DNA of 64,000 nt from Escherichia coli (lineage in GTDB: Bacteria > Pseudomonadota > Gammaproteobacteria > Enterobacterales > Enterobacteriaceae): assembly GCF_003334255.1 (NCBI RefSeq), contig NZ_QOWU01000012.1; one strand, given 5' to 3'. Below, in pieces: positions 11,998 through 22,723 of the stretch (its first letter is position 1; every line of letters begins with the position of its first letter). The notes under the pieces are model-generated. The model had not been told where the DNA came from. It made no database searches and was given only the letters and a program-made list of their open reading frames with translations. Made by a program: the position numbers and the translations under genes.

Positions 11998-13416
11998 TTA
12001 CGCGTTTTTCAACATCCACTCAATTTCTGTTTCTGTGATGAGGCGCTCAAACTGCAACAGCTCATCATTTTTACAGGCGTGATAGACATGGCAGAAGCGT
12101 TCGCCTAAATAGCGGCGCAGGTGATCATTCTCGATAAACTCACCCAGGGCATCGCTCTGGCGAATCGGAAAGGGTAAGCCTTCCTGTTCCAGCCCGTTGC
12201 CTTCGACTTCTTCCTGCAACGGCAGCTCGTTATCAAGGCCATGCAAAATACCGGCAAAAATCGCTGCCATCACCAGATATGGGTTGGCATCGGCACCCGC
12301 CACGCGATATTCCACGCGGTGATTATGACGGTCGCCGCACGGAATACGCAGGGCGACGGTGCGGTTGTTATGGCCCCACGACGCCTGCGTCGGCACATAC
12401 ATTCCCGGCTGGAAGCGGCGATACGAGTTCACGTTTGGTGCCAGCAACGCCATCGACGACGGCATCAGGTCAATCATCCCGGCGAGCATCTTTTTCAGCA
12501 GCGGCGAATCTTCGCCTTCCGCGTCAGAAAGCACGTTCTCGCCACGATTATTTTGCATACTGATATGGATATGCATTCCGCTGCCCGCGTGCTCTTCATA
12601 CGGCTTCGCCATAAAAGTGGCGTGCATCTTATGCTTTTCTGCCATCAGACGCACCAGGCGTTTTAGTGCCAGCGCATCATCGCAGGCTTCCAGCACGTTA
12701 TCAGTATGGTAAAGGTTGATTTCAAACTGACCCGGCGAGGCCTCAGCGACCGCGCCATCTGCCGGAATCAGCTGTAACTGCGCCAGTTCATCAATATCAT
12801 TGAGCACGTCGGCGAAGTGGTTGAGGTTATCAACGGAGTAAACCTGGCTTTGTGTATTGCGGTCATCGGTGCCAGGCGCGCAGGGCGGTTGCAGATACCC
12901 TTCAGCGTCGCGCTGGCGATCCAGTAAATAGAACTCCAGCTCTACCGCTACGACCGGGAACAATCCGCGCTGGCGCAGCTGCTGCCACAGGCGGTTAAGA
13001 ACGTTCCGCGGCTCAACGTCAAAGGGAGCGCCATCTTCATCGACCATGGTCAGGAGCATCTGACCGATAAACTCTGGATCGGCGGCAGAAGGAGTTAAGG
13101 AACCGAGAACAGGAACACAGGTACGATCCGGCTCGCCCATTTCCTGACCCAGACCTGCTTCTTCTACTACGTTGCCCAGAATATCCATTGCAAATACCGA
13201 GGCCGGGAAATAACACCCTTTCTCGAGCTTCTTCAGGCTTGAAACAGGAATACGCTTTCCACGGAAGCAACCATTTAAATCGGTAAGTAAAACATCAACA
13301 TATTGCGTATTCGGGTAGCGCTCCAGGTAGCGTTTCACTTCCTGCGTAAAGGCGCTACCCCGCCTCTCTTCTGACTGCTGAACAAAGTTCTCTACTTCAA
13401 CGATATTGGTTTCCAT
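11998..13416 (-). CDS. puuA: Gamma-glutamylputrescine synthetase PuuA (glutamine synthetase family)
   Basis: ORF to 13494; the internal start METNIVEVENFVQQSEERRG gives 472 aa. ATG is at 13416-13414. Confidence 0.9.
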   Translation of the reverse strand: METNIVEVENFVQQSEERRGSAFTQEVKRYLERYPNTQYVDVLLTDLNGCFRGKRIPVSSLKKLEKGCYFPASVFAMDILGNVVEEAGLGQEMGEPDRTCVPVLGSLTPSAADPEFIGQMLLTMVDEDGAPFDVEPRNVLNRLWQQLRQRGLFPVVAVELEFYLLDRQRDAEGYLQPPCAPGTDDRNTQSQVYSVDNLNHFADVLNDIDELAQLQLIPADGAVAEASPGQFEINLYHTDNVLEACDDALALKRLVRLMAEKHKMHATFMAKPYEEHAGSGMHIHISMQNNRGENVLSDAEGEDSPLLKKMLAGMIDLMPSSMALLAPNVNSYRRFQPGMYVPTQASWGHNNRTVALRIPCGDRHNHRVEYRVAGADANPYLVMAAIFAGILHGLDNELPLQEEVEGNGLEQEGLPFPIRQSDALGEFIENDHLRRYLGERFCHVYHACKNDELLQFERLITETEIEWMLKNA

Positions 13417-13439
13417 GATTCTTCGCCTTTGGTTTGTTT

Positions 13440-13600
13440 TCCGCTCGTTATCAAAGCGTAAAATATAATGACCACCATTCGAATCTGTATGCAAACTAAA
13501 TGTTTGTCAAATATTAAATTGAGTTTGCAAAAATGAAAACCCACTGCTAGATTGAAAAAATATTGAACATAAAGGTCATTTAAAGCGCAGTAATGGCGAT
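13440..13600. promoter_or_regulatory. Divergent puuA / puuD promoter region with multiple PuuR operator-like AT-rich boxes (aaaatataatgacca, aaaaaatattgaaca, tttgtcaaatatt)
   Basis: Motifs resemble the PuuR 15-bp consensus AAAATATAATGAACA (established knowledge). They are read directly from the sequence. Confidence 0.55.
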
Positions 13601-13627
13601 AATTTAGTCCACTTTGTGAGATTGAGC

Positions 13628-14392
13628 ATGGAAAATATAATGAACAATCCGGTTATCGGTGTCGTAATGTGCAGGAACAGGCTTAAGGGTCATGCGACCC
13701 AGACTCTGCAAGAAAAGTACCTGAATGCCATCATCCATGCAGGCGGCTTGCCTATTGCGCTACCACATGCGCTGGCGGAACCGTCATTACTTGAACAACT
13801 TTTGCCGAAACTCGATGGCATTTATCTTCCTGGTAGTCCCAGCAATGTGCAGCCGCACCTATATGGTGAAAACGGCGATGAGCCTGACGCCGATCCCGGG
13901 CGTGATCTTCTGAGCATGGCGATAATTAATGCCGCACTCGAAAGGCGCATCCCCATTTTCGCCATCTGCCGGGGTTTACAAGAACTGGTGGTGGCAACCG
14001 GTGGTTCGTTGCATCGCAAGCTGTGCGAACAGCCTGAATTGCTGGAACATCGGGAAGATCCCGAACTGCCGGTGGAACAGCAATATGCACCGTCGCATGA
14101 AGTTCAGGTTGAAGAGGGGGGATTACTGTCTGCGTTGTTACCTGAATGTAGCAACTTTTGGGTAAACTCTCTACATGGACAAGGGGCGAAGGTCGTTAGC
14201 CCACGGTTGCGTGTTGAAGCTCGCTCGCCGGATGGCTTAGTTGAGGCGGTTAGCGTCATCAATCATCCTTTTGCGCTGGGCGTACAGTGGCACCCGGAAT
14301 GGAACAGTAGCGAGTACGCGCTTTCGCGTATATTGTTCGAGGGCTTTATCACCGCTTGTCAGCACCATATCGCTGAAAAACAGCGACTCTGA
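13628..14392 (+). CDS. puuD: Gamma-glutamyl-GABA hydrolase PuuD (class I glutamine amidotransferase-like)
   Basis: MENIMNNPVIGVVMCRNRLKGH... (254 aa). The catalytic Cys context AICRGLQ is present. Confidence 0.9.
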   Translation: MENIMNNPVIGVVMCRNRLKGHATQTLQEKYLNAIIHAGGLPIALPHALAEPSLLEQLLPKLDGIYLPGSPSNVQPHLYGENGDEPDADPGRDLLSMAIINAALERRIPIFAICRGLQELVVATGGSLHRKLCEQPELLEHREDPELPVEQQYAPSHEVQVEEGGLLSALLPECSNFWVNSLHGQGAKVVSPRLRVEARSPDGLVEAVSVINHPFALGVQWHPEWNSSEYALSRILFEGFITACQHHIAEKQRL

Positions 14393-14418
14393 CCACTACA
14401 GTTTAAGGAAATGCAAAT

Positions 14419-14976
14419 ATGAGTGATGAGGGACTGGCGCCAGGAAAACGCTTGTCGGAAATCCGCCAGCAGCAGGGGCTTTCACAACGTCGTGCCGCCG
14501 AACTCTCCGGGCTGACTCACAGTGCTATCAGTACGATAGAACAAGATAAAGTCAGCCCTGCCATCAGTACGCTGCAAAAGCTGCTGAAGGTGTATGGTCT
14601 GTCACTCTCGGAATTCTTTTCCGAGCCGGAAAAACCTGATGAGCCGCAGGTCGTCATTAATCAGGACGACTTAATTGAGATGGGTAGTCAGGGTGTGTCA
14701 ATGAAGCTGGTTCATAACGGTAACCCGAATCGCACGCTGGCGATGATCTTTGAAACGTACCAGCCGGGCACAACCACTGGGGAAAGAATTAAGCATCAGG
14801 GTGAGGAAATAGGCACTGTACTGGAAGGTGAAATTGTTCTGACGATTAATGGTCAGGATTACCACCTCGTCGCGGGGCAAAGTTATGCCATTAATACCGG
14901 CATCCCGCACAGTTTCAGTAATACGTCGGCAGGTATTTGCCGAATTATCAGCGCCCATACGCCCACCACGTTTTAA
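14419..14976 (+). CDS. puuR: HTH-XRE/cupin repressor PuuR
   Basis: 185 aa MSDEGLAPGKRLSEIRQQQGLSQRRAAELSGLTHSAIS... Confidence 0.92.
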   Translation: MSDEGLAPGKRLSEIRQQQGLSQRRAAELSGLTHSAISTIEQDKVSPAISTLQKLLKVYGLSLSEFFSEPEKPDEPQVVINQDDLIEMGSQGVSMKLVHNGNPNRTLAMIFETYQPGTTTGERIKHQGEEIGTVLEGEIVLTINGQDYHLVAGQSYAINTGIPHSFSNTSAGICRIISAHTPTTF

Positions 14977-15051
14977 TCTTTTTGTTCTGTAAGCCGGGTA
15001 AGCGCAATGCGCCCGGCAATCTATACACAAAATCATTCAAGTTGCATCAAG

Positions 15052-15152
15052 GCGGCAAGTGAGCGAATCCCGATGAGCTTACTCAGGTAAGTGATTCGGG
15101 GGAGCGAACGCAGCCAAGGCAGAGGCGGCTTGAAGGATGAAGTGTATATAAA
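15052..15152. repeat. ERIC/IRU-like intergenic repeat between puuR and puuC
   Basis: Contains gagcgaatccc...gagcttactcaggtaagtga...gggggagcgaacgcagcc...ggcttgaaggatgaagtgtata, similar to the ERIC consensus around the ERIC1R/ERIC2 primer sites. Confidence 0.55.
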
Positions 15153-15250
15153 GAATGTCGCCAGAAATAAACGGGCATACGGCCCGGGGATCTCTGCGCC
15201 CTGACGTTCACAAACTGCATATATCTGATAGACGTGAAACAGGAGTCATA

Positions 15251-16738
15251 ATGAATTTTCATCATCTGGCTTACTGGCAGGATAAAGCGTTAAGTCTCGC
15301 CATTGAAAACCGCTTATTTATTAACGGTGAATATACTGCTGCGGCGGAAAATGAAACCTTTGAAACCGTTGATCCGGTCACCCAGGCACCGCTGGCGAAA
15401 ATTGCCCGCGGCAAGAGCGTCGATATCGACCGTGCGATGAGCGCAGCACGCGGCGTATTTGAACGCGGCGACTGGTCACTCTCTTCTCCGGCTAAACGTA
15501 AAGCGGTACTGAATAAACTCGCCGATTTAATGGAAGCCCACGCCGAAGAGCTGGCACTGCTGGAAACTCTCGACACCGGCAAACCGATTCGTCACAGTCT
15601 GCGTGATGATATTCCCGGCGCGGCGCGCGCCATTCGCTGGTACGCCGAAGCGATCGACAAAGTGTATGGCGAAGTGGCGACCACCAGTAGCCATGAGCTG
15701 GCGATGATCGTGCGTGAACCGGTCGGCGTGATTGCCGCCATCGTGCCGTGGAACTTCCCGCTGTTGCTGACTTGCTGGAAACTCGGCCCGGCGCTGGCGG
15801 CGGGAAACAGCGTGATTCTAAAACCGTCTGAAAAATCACCGCTCAGTGCGATTCGTCTCGCGGGGCTGGCGAAAGAAGCAGGCTTGCCGGATGGTGTGTT
15901 GAACGTGGTGACGGGTTTTGGTCATGAAGCCGGGCAGGCGCTGTCGCGTCATAACGATATCGACGCCATTGCCTTTACCGGTTCAACCCGTACCGGGAAA
16001 CAGCTGCTGAAAGATGCGGGCGACAGCAACATGAAACGCGTCTGGCTGGAAGCGGGCGGCAAAAGCGCCAACATCGTTTTCGCTGACTGCCCGGATTTGC
16101 AACAGGCGGCAAGCGCCACCGCAGCAGGCATTTTCTACAACCAGGGACAGGTGTGCATCGCCGGAACGCGCCTGTTGCTGGAAGAGAGCATCGCCGATGA
16201 ATTCTTAGCCCTGTTAAAACAGCAGGCGCAAAACTGGCAGCCGGGCCATCCACTTGATCCCGCAACCACCATGGGCACCTTAATCGACTGCGCCCACGCC
16301 GACTCGGTCCATAGCTTTATTCGGGAAGGCGAAAGCAAAGGGCAACTGTTGTTGGATGGCCGTAACGCCGGGCTGGCTGCCGCCATCGGCCCGACCATCT
16401 TTGTGGATGTGGACCCGAATGCGTCCTTAAGTCGCGAAGAGATTTTCGGTCCGGTGCTGGTGGTCACGCGTTTCACATCAGAAGAACAGGCGCTACAGCT
16501 TGCCAACGACAGCCAGTACGGCCTTGGCGCGGCGGTATGGACGCGCGACCTCTCCCGCGCGCACCGCATGAGCCGACGCCTGAAAGCCGGTTCCGTCTTC
16601 GTCAATAACTACAACGACGGCGATATGACCGTGCCGTTTGGCGGCTATAAGCAGAGCGGCAACGGTCGCGACAAATCCCTGCATGCCCTTGAAAAATTCA
16701 CTGAACTGAAAACCATCTGGATAAGCCTGGAGGCCTGA
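15251..16738 (+). CDS. puuC: Gamma-glutamyl-gamma-aminobutyraldehyde dehydrogenase PuuC (aldehyde dehydrogenase family)
   Basis: The ORF begins at 15155, but MNFHHLAYWQDKALSLAIENRL (495 aa) preceded by AGGAG is the true start (atg at 15251). Confidence 0.9.
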   Translation: MNFHHLAYWQDKALSLAIENRLFINGEYTAAAENETFETVDPVTQAPLAKIARGKSVDIDRAMSAARGVFERGDWSLSSPAKRKAVLNKLADLMEAHAEELALLETLDTGKPIRHSLRDDIPGAARAIRWYAEAIDKVYGEVATTSSHELAMIVREPVGVIAAIVPWNFPLLLTCWKLGPALAAGNSVILKPSEKSPLSAIRLAGLAKEAGLPDGVLNVVTGFGHEAGQALSRHNDIDAIAFTGSTRTGKQLLKDAGDSNMKRVWLEAGGKSANIVFADCPDLQQAASATAAGIFYNQGQVCIAGTRLLLEESIADEFLALLKQQAQNWQPGHPLDPATTMGTLIDCAHADSVHSFIREGESKGQLLLDGRNAGLAAAIGPTIFVDVDPNASLSREEIFGPVLVVTRFTSEEQALQLANDSQYGLGAAVWTRDLSRAHRMSRRLKAGSVFVNNYNDGDMTVPFGGYKQSGNGRDKSLHALEKFTELKTIWISLEA

Positions 16739-16739
16739 A

Positions 16740-18020
16740 ATGACCGAACATACCAGCAGTTACTACGCCGCCAGTGCGAATAAATATGCACCATTCGACA
16801 CGCTGAATGAGTCAATCACCTGCGACGTTTGCGTGGTTGGCGGCGGCTATACCGGGCTCTCCTCCGCGCTGCATCTGGCGGAAGCGGGCTTTGACGTAGT
16901 GGTTCTCGAAGCCTCACGCATCGGCTTTGGCGCAAGCGGGCGCAATGGCGGACAGCTTGTGAACTCCTACAGCCGCGACATCGACGTGATCGAAAAAAGC
17001 TACGGCATGGACACCGCCCGTATGCTCGGCAGCATGATGTTCGAAGGTGGTGAGATCATCCGCGAACGTATCAAACGTTATCAGATTGACTGCGACTACC
17101 GCCCCGGCGGCCTGTTTGTGGCGATGAATGATAAACAGCTCGCCACACTTGAAGAGCAGAAAGAGAACTGGGAACGCTACGGCAATAAACAGCTGGAATT
17201 GCTGGACGCCAACGCCATTCGCCGTGAAGTAGCCAGCGATCGCTATACCGGTGCGCTGCTGGATCACAGCGGTGGGCATATTCATCCGCTAAACCTTGCC
17301 ATTGGCGAAGCGGACGCCATCCGCCTCAACGGCGGGCGCGTGTATGAACTTTCTGCCGTGACGCAGATCCAGCACACCACGCCAGCCGTTGTGCGAACTG
17401 CCAAAGGTCAGGTGACGGCGAAGTATGTGATTGTCGCCGGGAATGCGTATCTGGGCGATAAAGTAGAGCCGGAACTGGCGAAACGCAGCATGCCGTGCGG
17501 CACGCAGGTGATCACCACCGAACGGCTGTCGGAAGATTTAGCCCGTTCGCTGATCCCGAAAAACTACTGTGTGGAAGACTGTAACTATCTGCTTGATTAC
17601 TACCGTCTTACCGCCGACAACCGCCTGCTGTACGGCGGCGGCGTGGTCTACGGCGCGCGCGACCCGGATGACGTTGAGCGCCTTGTGGTGCCGAAACTGC
17701 TGAAAACCTTCCCGCAGCTGAAGGGCGTGAAAATTGATTACCGCTGGACGGGCAACTTCCTGCTGACCCTGTCGCGTATGCCGCAGTTTGGTCGCCTCGA
17801 TACCAACATCTATTACATGCAGGGCTACAGCGGCCACGGCGTGACCTGTACTCATCTAGCCGGACGTTTGATTGCCGAACTGCTGCGCGGCGACGCCGAA
17901 CGTTTCGATGCCTTCGCCAATCTGCCGCATTACCCGTTCCCCGGCGGGCGCACGCTGCGTGTGCCGTTTACCGCGATGGGCGCGGCGTATTACAGCCTGC
18001 GCGATCGTCTGGGCGTTTAA
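16740..18020 (+). CDS. puuB: Gamma-glutamylputrescine oxidase PuuB (FAD-dependent)
   Basis: 426 aa with a GXGXXG FAD-binding motif VVGGGYTGLSSAL. Confidence 0.92.
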   Translation: MTEHTSSYYAASANKYAPFDTLNESITCDVCVVGGGYTGLSSALHLAEAGFDVVVLEASRIGFGASGRNGGQLVNSYSRDIDVIEKSYGMDTARMLGSMMFEGGEIIRERIKRYQIDCDYRPGGLFVAMNDKQLATLEEQKENWERYGNKQLELLDANAIRREVASDRYTGALLDHSGGHIHPLNLAIGEADAIRLNGGRVYELSAVTQIQHTTPAVVRTAKGQVTAKYVIVAGNAYLGDKVEPELAKRSMPCGTQVITTERLSEDLARSLIPKNYCVEDCNYLLDYYRLTADNRLLYGGGVVYGARDPDDVERLVVPKLLKTFPQLKGVKIDYRWTGNFLLTLSRMPQFGRLDTNIYYMQGYSGHGVTCTHLAGRLIAELLRGDAERFDAFANLPHYPFPGGRTLRVPFTAMGAAYYSLRDRLGV

Positions 18021-18057
18021 TTTCCGATTAACCGTGAAGAGTTAAAAGGTGTGAAAC

Positions 18058-19323
18058 ATGAGCAACAATGAATTCCATCAGCGTCGTCTTTCTGCCACTC
18101 CGCGCGGGGTTGGCGTGATGTGTAACTTCTTCGCCCAGTCGGCTGAAAACGCCACGCTGAAGGATGTTGAGGGCAACGAGTACATCGATTTCGCCGCAGG
18201 CATTGCGGTGCTGAATACCGGACATCGCCACCCTGATCTGGTCGCGGCGGTGGAGCAGCAACTGCAACAGTTTACCCACACCGCGTATCAGATTGTGCCG
18301 TATGAAAGCTACGTCACCCTGGCGGAGAAAATCAACGCCCTTGCCCCGGTGAGCGGGCAGGCCAAAACCGCGTTCTTCACCACCGGTGCGGAAGCGGTGG
18401 AAAACGCGGTGAAAATTGCTCGCGCCCATACCGGACGCCCTGGCGTGATTGCGTTTAGCGGCGGCTTTCACGGTCGTACGTATATGACCATGGCGCTGAC
18501 CGGAAAAGTTGCGCCGTACAAAATCGGCTTCGGCCCGTTCCCTGGTTCGGTGTATCACGTACCTTATCCGTCAGATTTACACGGCATTTCAACACAGGAC
18601 TCCCTCGACGCCATCGAACGCTTGTTTAAATCAGACATCGAAGCGAAGCAGGTGGCGGCGATTATTTTCGAACCGGTGCAGGGCGAGGGCGGTTTCAACG
18701 TTGCGCCAAAAGAGCTGGTTGCCGCTATTCGCCGCCTGTGCGACGAGCACGGTATTGTGATGATTGCTGATGAAGTGCAAAGCGGCTTTGCGCGTACCGG
18801 TAAGCTGTTTGCCATGGATCATTACGCCGATAAGCCGGATTTAATGACGATGGCGAAAAGCCTCGCGGGCGGGATGCCGCTTTCGGGCGTGGTCGGTAAC
18901 GCGAATATTATGGACGCACCCGCGCCGGGCGGGCTTGGCGGCACCTACGCCGGTAACCCGCTGGCGGTGGCTGCCGCGCACGCGGTGCTCAACATTATCG
19001 ACAAAGAATCACTCTGCGAACGCGCGAATCAACTGGGACAGCGTCTGACAAACACGCTGATTGATGCCAAAGAAAGCGTTCCGGCCATCGCGGCGGTACG
19101 CGGTCTGGGGTCTATGATTGCGGCAGAGTTTAACGATCCGCAAACGGGCGAGCCGTCAGCGGCGATTGCACAGAAAATCCAGCAACGCGCGCTGGCGCAG
19201 GGGCTGCTCCTGCTGACCTGTGGCGCATACGGCAACGTGATTCGCTTCCTGTATCCGCTGACCATCCCGGATGCGCAATTCGATGCGGCAATGAAAATTT
19301 TGCAGGATGCGCTGAGCGATTAA
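18058..19323 (+). CDS. puuE: 4-aminobutyrate aminotransferase PuuE (PLP class III)
   Basis: 421 aa MSNNEFHQRRLSATPRGVGVMC.... Confidence 0.92.
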   Translation: MSNNEFHQRRLSATPRGVGVMCNFFAQSAENATLKDVEGNEYIDFAAGIAVLNTGHRHPDLVAAVEQQLQQFTHTAYQIVPYESYVTLAEKINALAPVSGQAKTAFFTTGAEAVENAVKIARAHTGRPGVIAFSGGFHGRTYMTMALTGKVAPYKIGFGPFPGSVYHVPYPSDLHGISTQDSLDAIERLFKSDIEAKQVAAIIFEPVQGEGGFNVAPKELVAAIRRLCDEHGIVMIADEVQSGFARTGKLFAMDHYADKPDLMTMAKSLAGGMPLSGVVGNANIMDAPAPGGLGGTYAGNPLAVAAAHAVLNIIDKESLCERANQLGQRLTNTLIDAKESVPAIAAVRGLGSMIAAEFNDPQTGEPSAAIAQKIQQRALAQGLLLLTCGAYGNVIRFLYPLTIPDAQFDAAMKILQDALSD

Positions 19324-19337
19324 TAGCCCAACGCAAT

Positions 19338-19426
19338 AATGTCTGATGCGCTGCGCTTATCAGGCCTGCAAACGACGTATTGATTATGTATGCCGAATAA
19401 AGCATTCACGCCGCATCCGGCAAGTT
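19338..19426. repeat. Pair of REP elements between the convergent puuE and pspF
   Basis: tgcctgatgcgctgcgcttatcaggcctgc, and the inverted copy gccggatgcggcgtgaatgctttattcggcat. Confidence 0.75.
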
Positions 19427-19442
19427 GTATTGCTCAACTTCG

Positions 19443-20420
19443 CTAAATCTGGTGCTTTTTCAACAACGCGCGGAACTGATGATAAGTTAACCCCAGTAAT
19501 TCAGCCGCGCGCTTCTGGTTATATTTCCCTTGTTGCAAACTGAGTTGCAGCAACTCTTTTTCCTGCTGCATCTGAAACTCACGTAAATCCAGCGGCAGTG
19601 TTGGAAGCGAGGTGGTTTCTGAAACGGCGATAGCGTCTTCAGGCGGACGCCGTTTAAAGGGATCAATAATGATGTCATCAAGCGGATAATCGCTGGTGCC
19701 GTGGCGATACACTGAACGTTCCACCACGTTTTTCAATTCACGAATATTTCCCGGCCAACGATAATTCAGCAATGTTTCTCTGGCGCGCTCCGTAAACCCC
19801 GGGAACAGAGGCAGCTTGATTTCCCGACACATCTGGATGGCAAAGTGTTCTGCCATCAACATTATGTCGCTTTCGCGCTCGCGCAGTGGTGGCAGTTGTA
19901 CAACATCAAAAGCCAGTCGGTCGAGCAGGTCAGCGCGAAAAGTGCCTTCATTGACCATCGCCGGGAGATCGGCATTCGTCGCGCATACCAACCGCACATT
20001 CACCTGCAATGGCTGGCTGCCGCCAACGCGCTCCAGTTCACCGTACTCAATCACGCGCAATAATTTCTCCTGCACCATCATCGGTGCCGTAGCGAGTTCA
20101 TCAAGAAATAGCGTACCGCCGTCGGCACGTTCAAATCTCCCTGGATGACGTTTTTGCGCACCGGTAAACGCCCCCGCTTCGTGACCAAACAGTTCGGAAT
20201 CCAGCAGATTTTCATTTAACGCCGCGCAGTTAAGGGAAATAAACGGCCCTTGCCAACGGGAGGAGAGATAATGCAGGCGGCTGGCAATCAGCTCTTTACC
20301 GGTGCCGCGTTCGCCGATGATGAGCACCGGTTTGTCCAGCGGTGCGAGATGCGAAACCTGTTCCAGCACTTCGAGAAAGCTGTTCGCCTCACCAAGTAAA
20401 TTATCTTTGTATTCTGCCAT
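19443..20420 (-). CDS. pspF: Sigma54-dependent enhancer-binding activator PspF
   Basis: MAEYKDNLLGEANSFLEVLEQVSHL... (325 aa); AAA+ GAFTGA motif and C-terminal HTH. ATG is at 20420. Confidence 0.92.
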   Translation of the reverse strand: MAEYKDNLLGEANSFLEVLEQVSHLAPLDKPVLIIGERGTGKELIASRLHYLSSRWQGPFISLNCAALNENLLDSELFGHEAGAFTGAQKRHPGRFERADGGTLFLDELATAPMMVQEKLLRVIEYGELERVGGSQPLQVNVRLVCATNADLPAMVNEGTFRADLLDRLAFDVVQLPPLRERESDIMLMAEHFAIQMCREIKLPLFPGFTERARETLLNYRWPGNIRELKNVVERSVYRHGTSDYPLDDIIIDPFKRRPPEDAIAVSETTSLPTLPLDLREFQMQQEKELLQLSLQQGKYNQKRAAELLGLTYHQFRALLKKHQI

Positions 20421-20514
20421 GATGAAATTCGCCACTTGTTAGTGTAATTCGCTAATTCATCCTGGCATGTTGCTGATGATTCTTCAATCAGATCTTTATA
20501 AATCAAAAAGATAA

Positions 20515-21255
<741 letters not shown>

Positions 21256-21308
21256 TAACATCCAGGCGGCGTCCGAACGCGCCGCCGCTCATCGTCTAAG
21301 GAGTACTT

Positions 21309-21533
21309 ATGAGCGCGCTATTTCTGGCTATTCCGTTAACCATTTTTGTGCTGTTTGTTTTACCGATCTGGTTATGGCTGCATTACAGCAATCGTTCTGG
21401 TCGCAGTGAATTGTCGCAAAGTGAGCAGCAGCGATTAGCGCAACTGGCTGATGAAGCAAAACGGATGCGCGAACGTATTCAGGCGCTGGAATCTATTCTT
21501 GATGCAGAACATCCGAACTGGAGGGATCGCTAA
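21309..21533 (+). CDS. pspB: Phage shock protein B
   Basis: 74 aa, single TM. Confidence 0.9.
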   Translation: MSALFLAIPLTIFVLFVLPIWLWLHYSNRSGRSELSQSEQQRLAQLADEAKRMRERIQALESILDAEHPNWRDR

Positions 21534-21892
21534 TGGCGGGCATTAATCTCAATAAAAAATTATGGCGTATTCCACAGCAGGGCATGGTCCGCGGCGTCTG
21601 CGCCGGGATTGCCAACTATTTTGATGTACCGGTAAAACTGGTGCGTATCCTGGTGGTGCTGTCGATTTTCTTCGGTCTGGCGCTGTTTACCCTGGTTGCT
21701 TACATCATTTTGTCATTTGCGCTTGATCCAATGCCGGACAACATGGCCTTTGGTGAGCAGCTACCTTCCAGCAGCGAATTGCTGGATGAAGTCGACCGTG
21801 AACTGGCGGCAAGTGAAACGCGTTTACGCGAGATGGAACGTTATGTCACTTCCGATACTTTCACGTTACGTAGCCGTTTCCGTCAACTGTGA
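21533..21892 (+). CDS. pspC: Phage shock protein C
   Basis: 119 aa; start overlaps the pspB stop (ATGG). Confidence 0.9.
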
Positions 21893-21900
21893 GGAAAGTT

Positions 21901-22122
21901 ATGAATACTCGCTGGCAACAGGCCGGGCAAAAGGTAAAGCCTGGTTTCAAATTAGCAGGCAAGCTGGTACTTCTTACCGCACTGCGCTATGGCCCGGCGG
22001 GTGTGGCGGGCTGGGCGATAAAATCAGTTGCTCGCCGACCGCTGAAAATGTTGCTGGCTGTGGCGCTGGAACCGCTGTTAAGTCGGGCTGCTAATAAACT
22101 GGCACAGCGTTATAAAAGGTGA
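21901..22122 (+). CDS. pspD: Phage shock protein D
   Basis: [21 protein letters not shown]..., 73 aa from the ATG at 21901. Confidence 0.85.
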
Positions 22123-22196
22123 GGGGAGTTTCGCAAAAATTGTTAAATCTCAGGCGTATAATGGATGGCAATTTTCATCCATAGAAGGACGCTTAC

Positions 22197-22511
22197 ATGT
22201 TTAAAAAAGGCTTACTTGCTCTGGCACTGGTGTTTTCACTGCCCGTTTTCGCCGCTGAACACTGGATCGATGTTCGTGTTCCAGAGCAGTATCAGCAAGA
22301 GCACGTTCAGGGGGCCATCAATATTCCCCTGAAGGAAGTGAAAGAGCGCATTGCCACCGCCGTTCCGGATAAAAACGACACCGTGAAAGTGTATTGCAAT
22401 GCCGGACGCCAGTCAGGGCAAGCAAAAGAGATCCTTAGCGAGATGGGATATACCCACGTTGAGAACGCCGGTGGCCTGAAAGACATCGCAATGCCGAAGG
22501 TCAAAGGTTAA
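22197..22511 (+). CDS. pspE: Periplasmic rhodanese (thiosulfate sulfurtransferase) PspE
   Basis: 104 aa with signal peptide. Active-site CNAGRQS. Confidence 0.92.
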   Translation: MFKKGLLALALVFSLPVFAAEHWIDVRVPEQYQQEHVQGAINIPLKEVKERIATAVPDKNDTVKVYCNAGRQSGQAKEILSEMGYTHVENAGGLKDIAMPKVKG

Positions 22512-22524
22512 AAGAATTCACCAT

Positions 22525-22552
22525 GAGCGGCGCTTATGCGCCGTTTTTTTTT
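22525..22552 (+). terminator. Rho-independent terminator of the psp operon (agcggcgcttatgcgccg + T9)
   Basis: GC hairpin followed by nine Ts, 14 bp after the pspE stop. Confidence 0.85.
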
Positions 22553-22723
22553 CTGTCACACCTTATTTACATCCCCATAGATTATTTGCGTCAGCTCACA
22601 AATACGCTTTTTCCCTGGTAAAAAATGATTTCCTGCGTGACTAAAACCCTTGTGCTCAATTGACAGTTTATTTTCTGCGGAGTAGTCTCTCGTTTCATGG
22701 GACCGCTACCACGGAAAGGCAAC

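Noticed and set aside
16135-16605. 156-aa minus-strand ORF inside puuC
   Set aside because: Antisense shadow ORF of a high-GC gene.
20461-20476. Second sigma54-like TGGCAT...TTGCT motif
   Set aside because: The GG-GC spacing is 8 rather than 10 bp, and it lies upstream of pspF on the wrong side.
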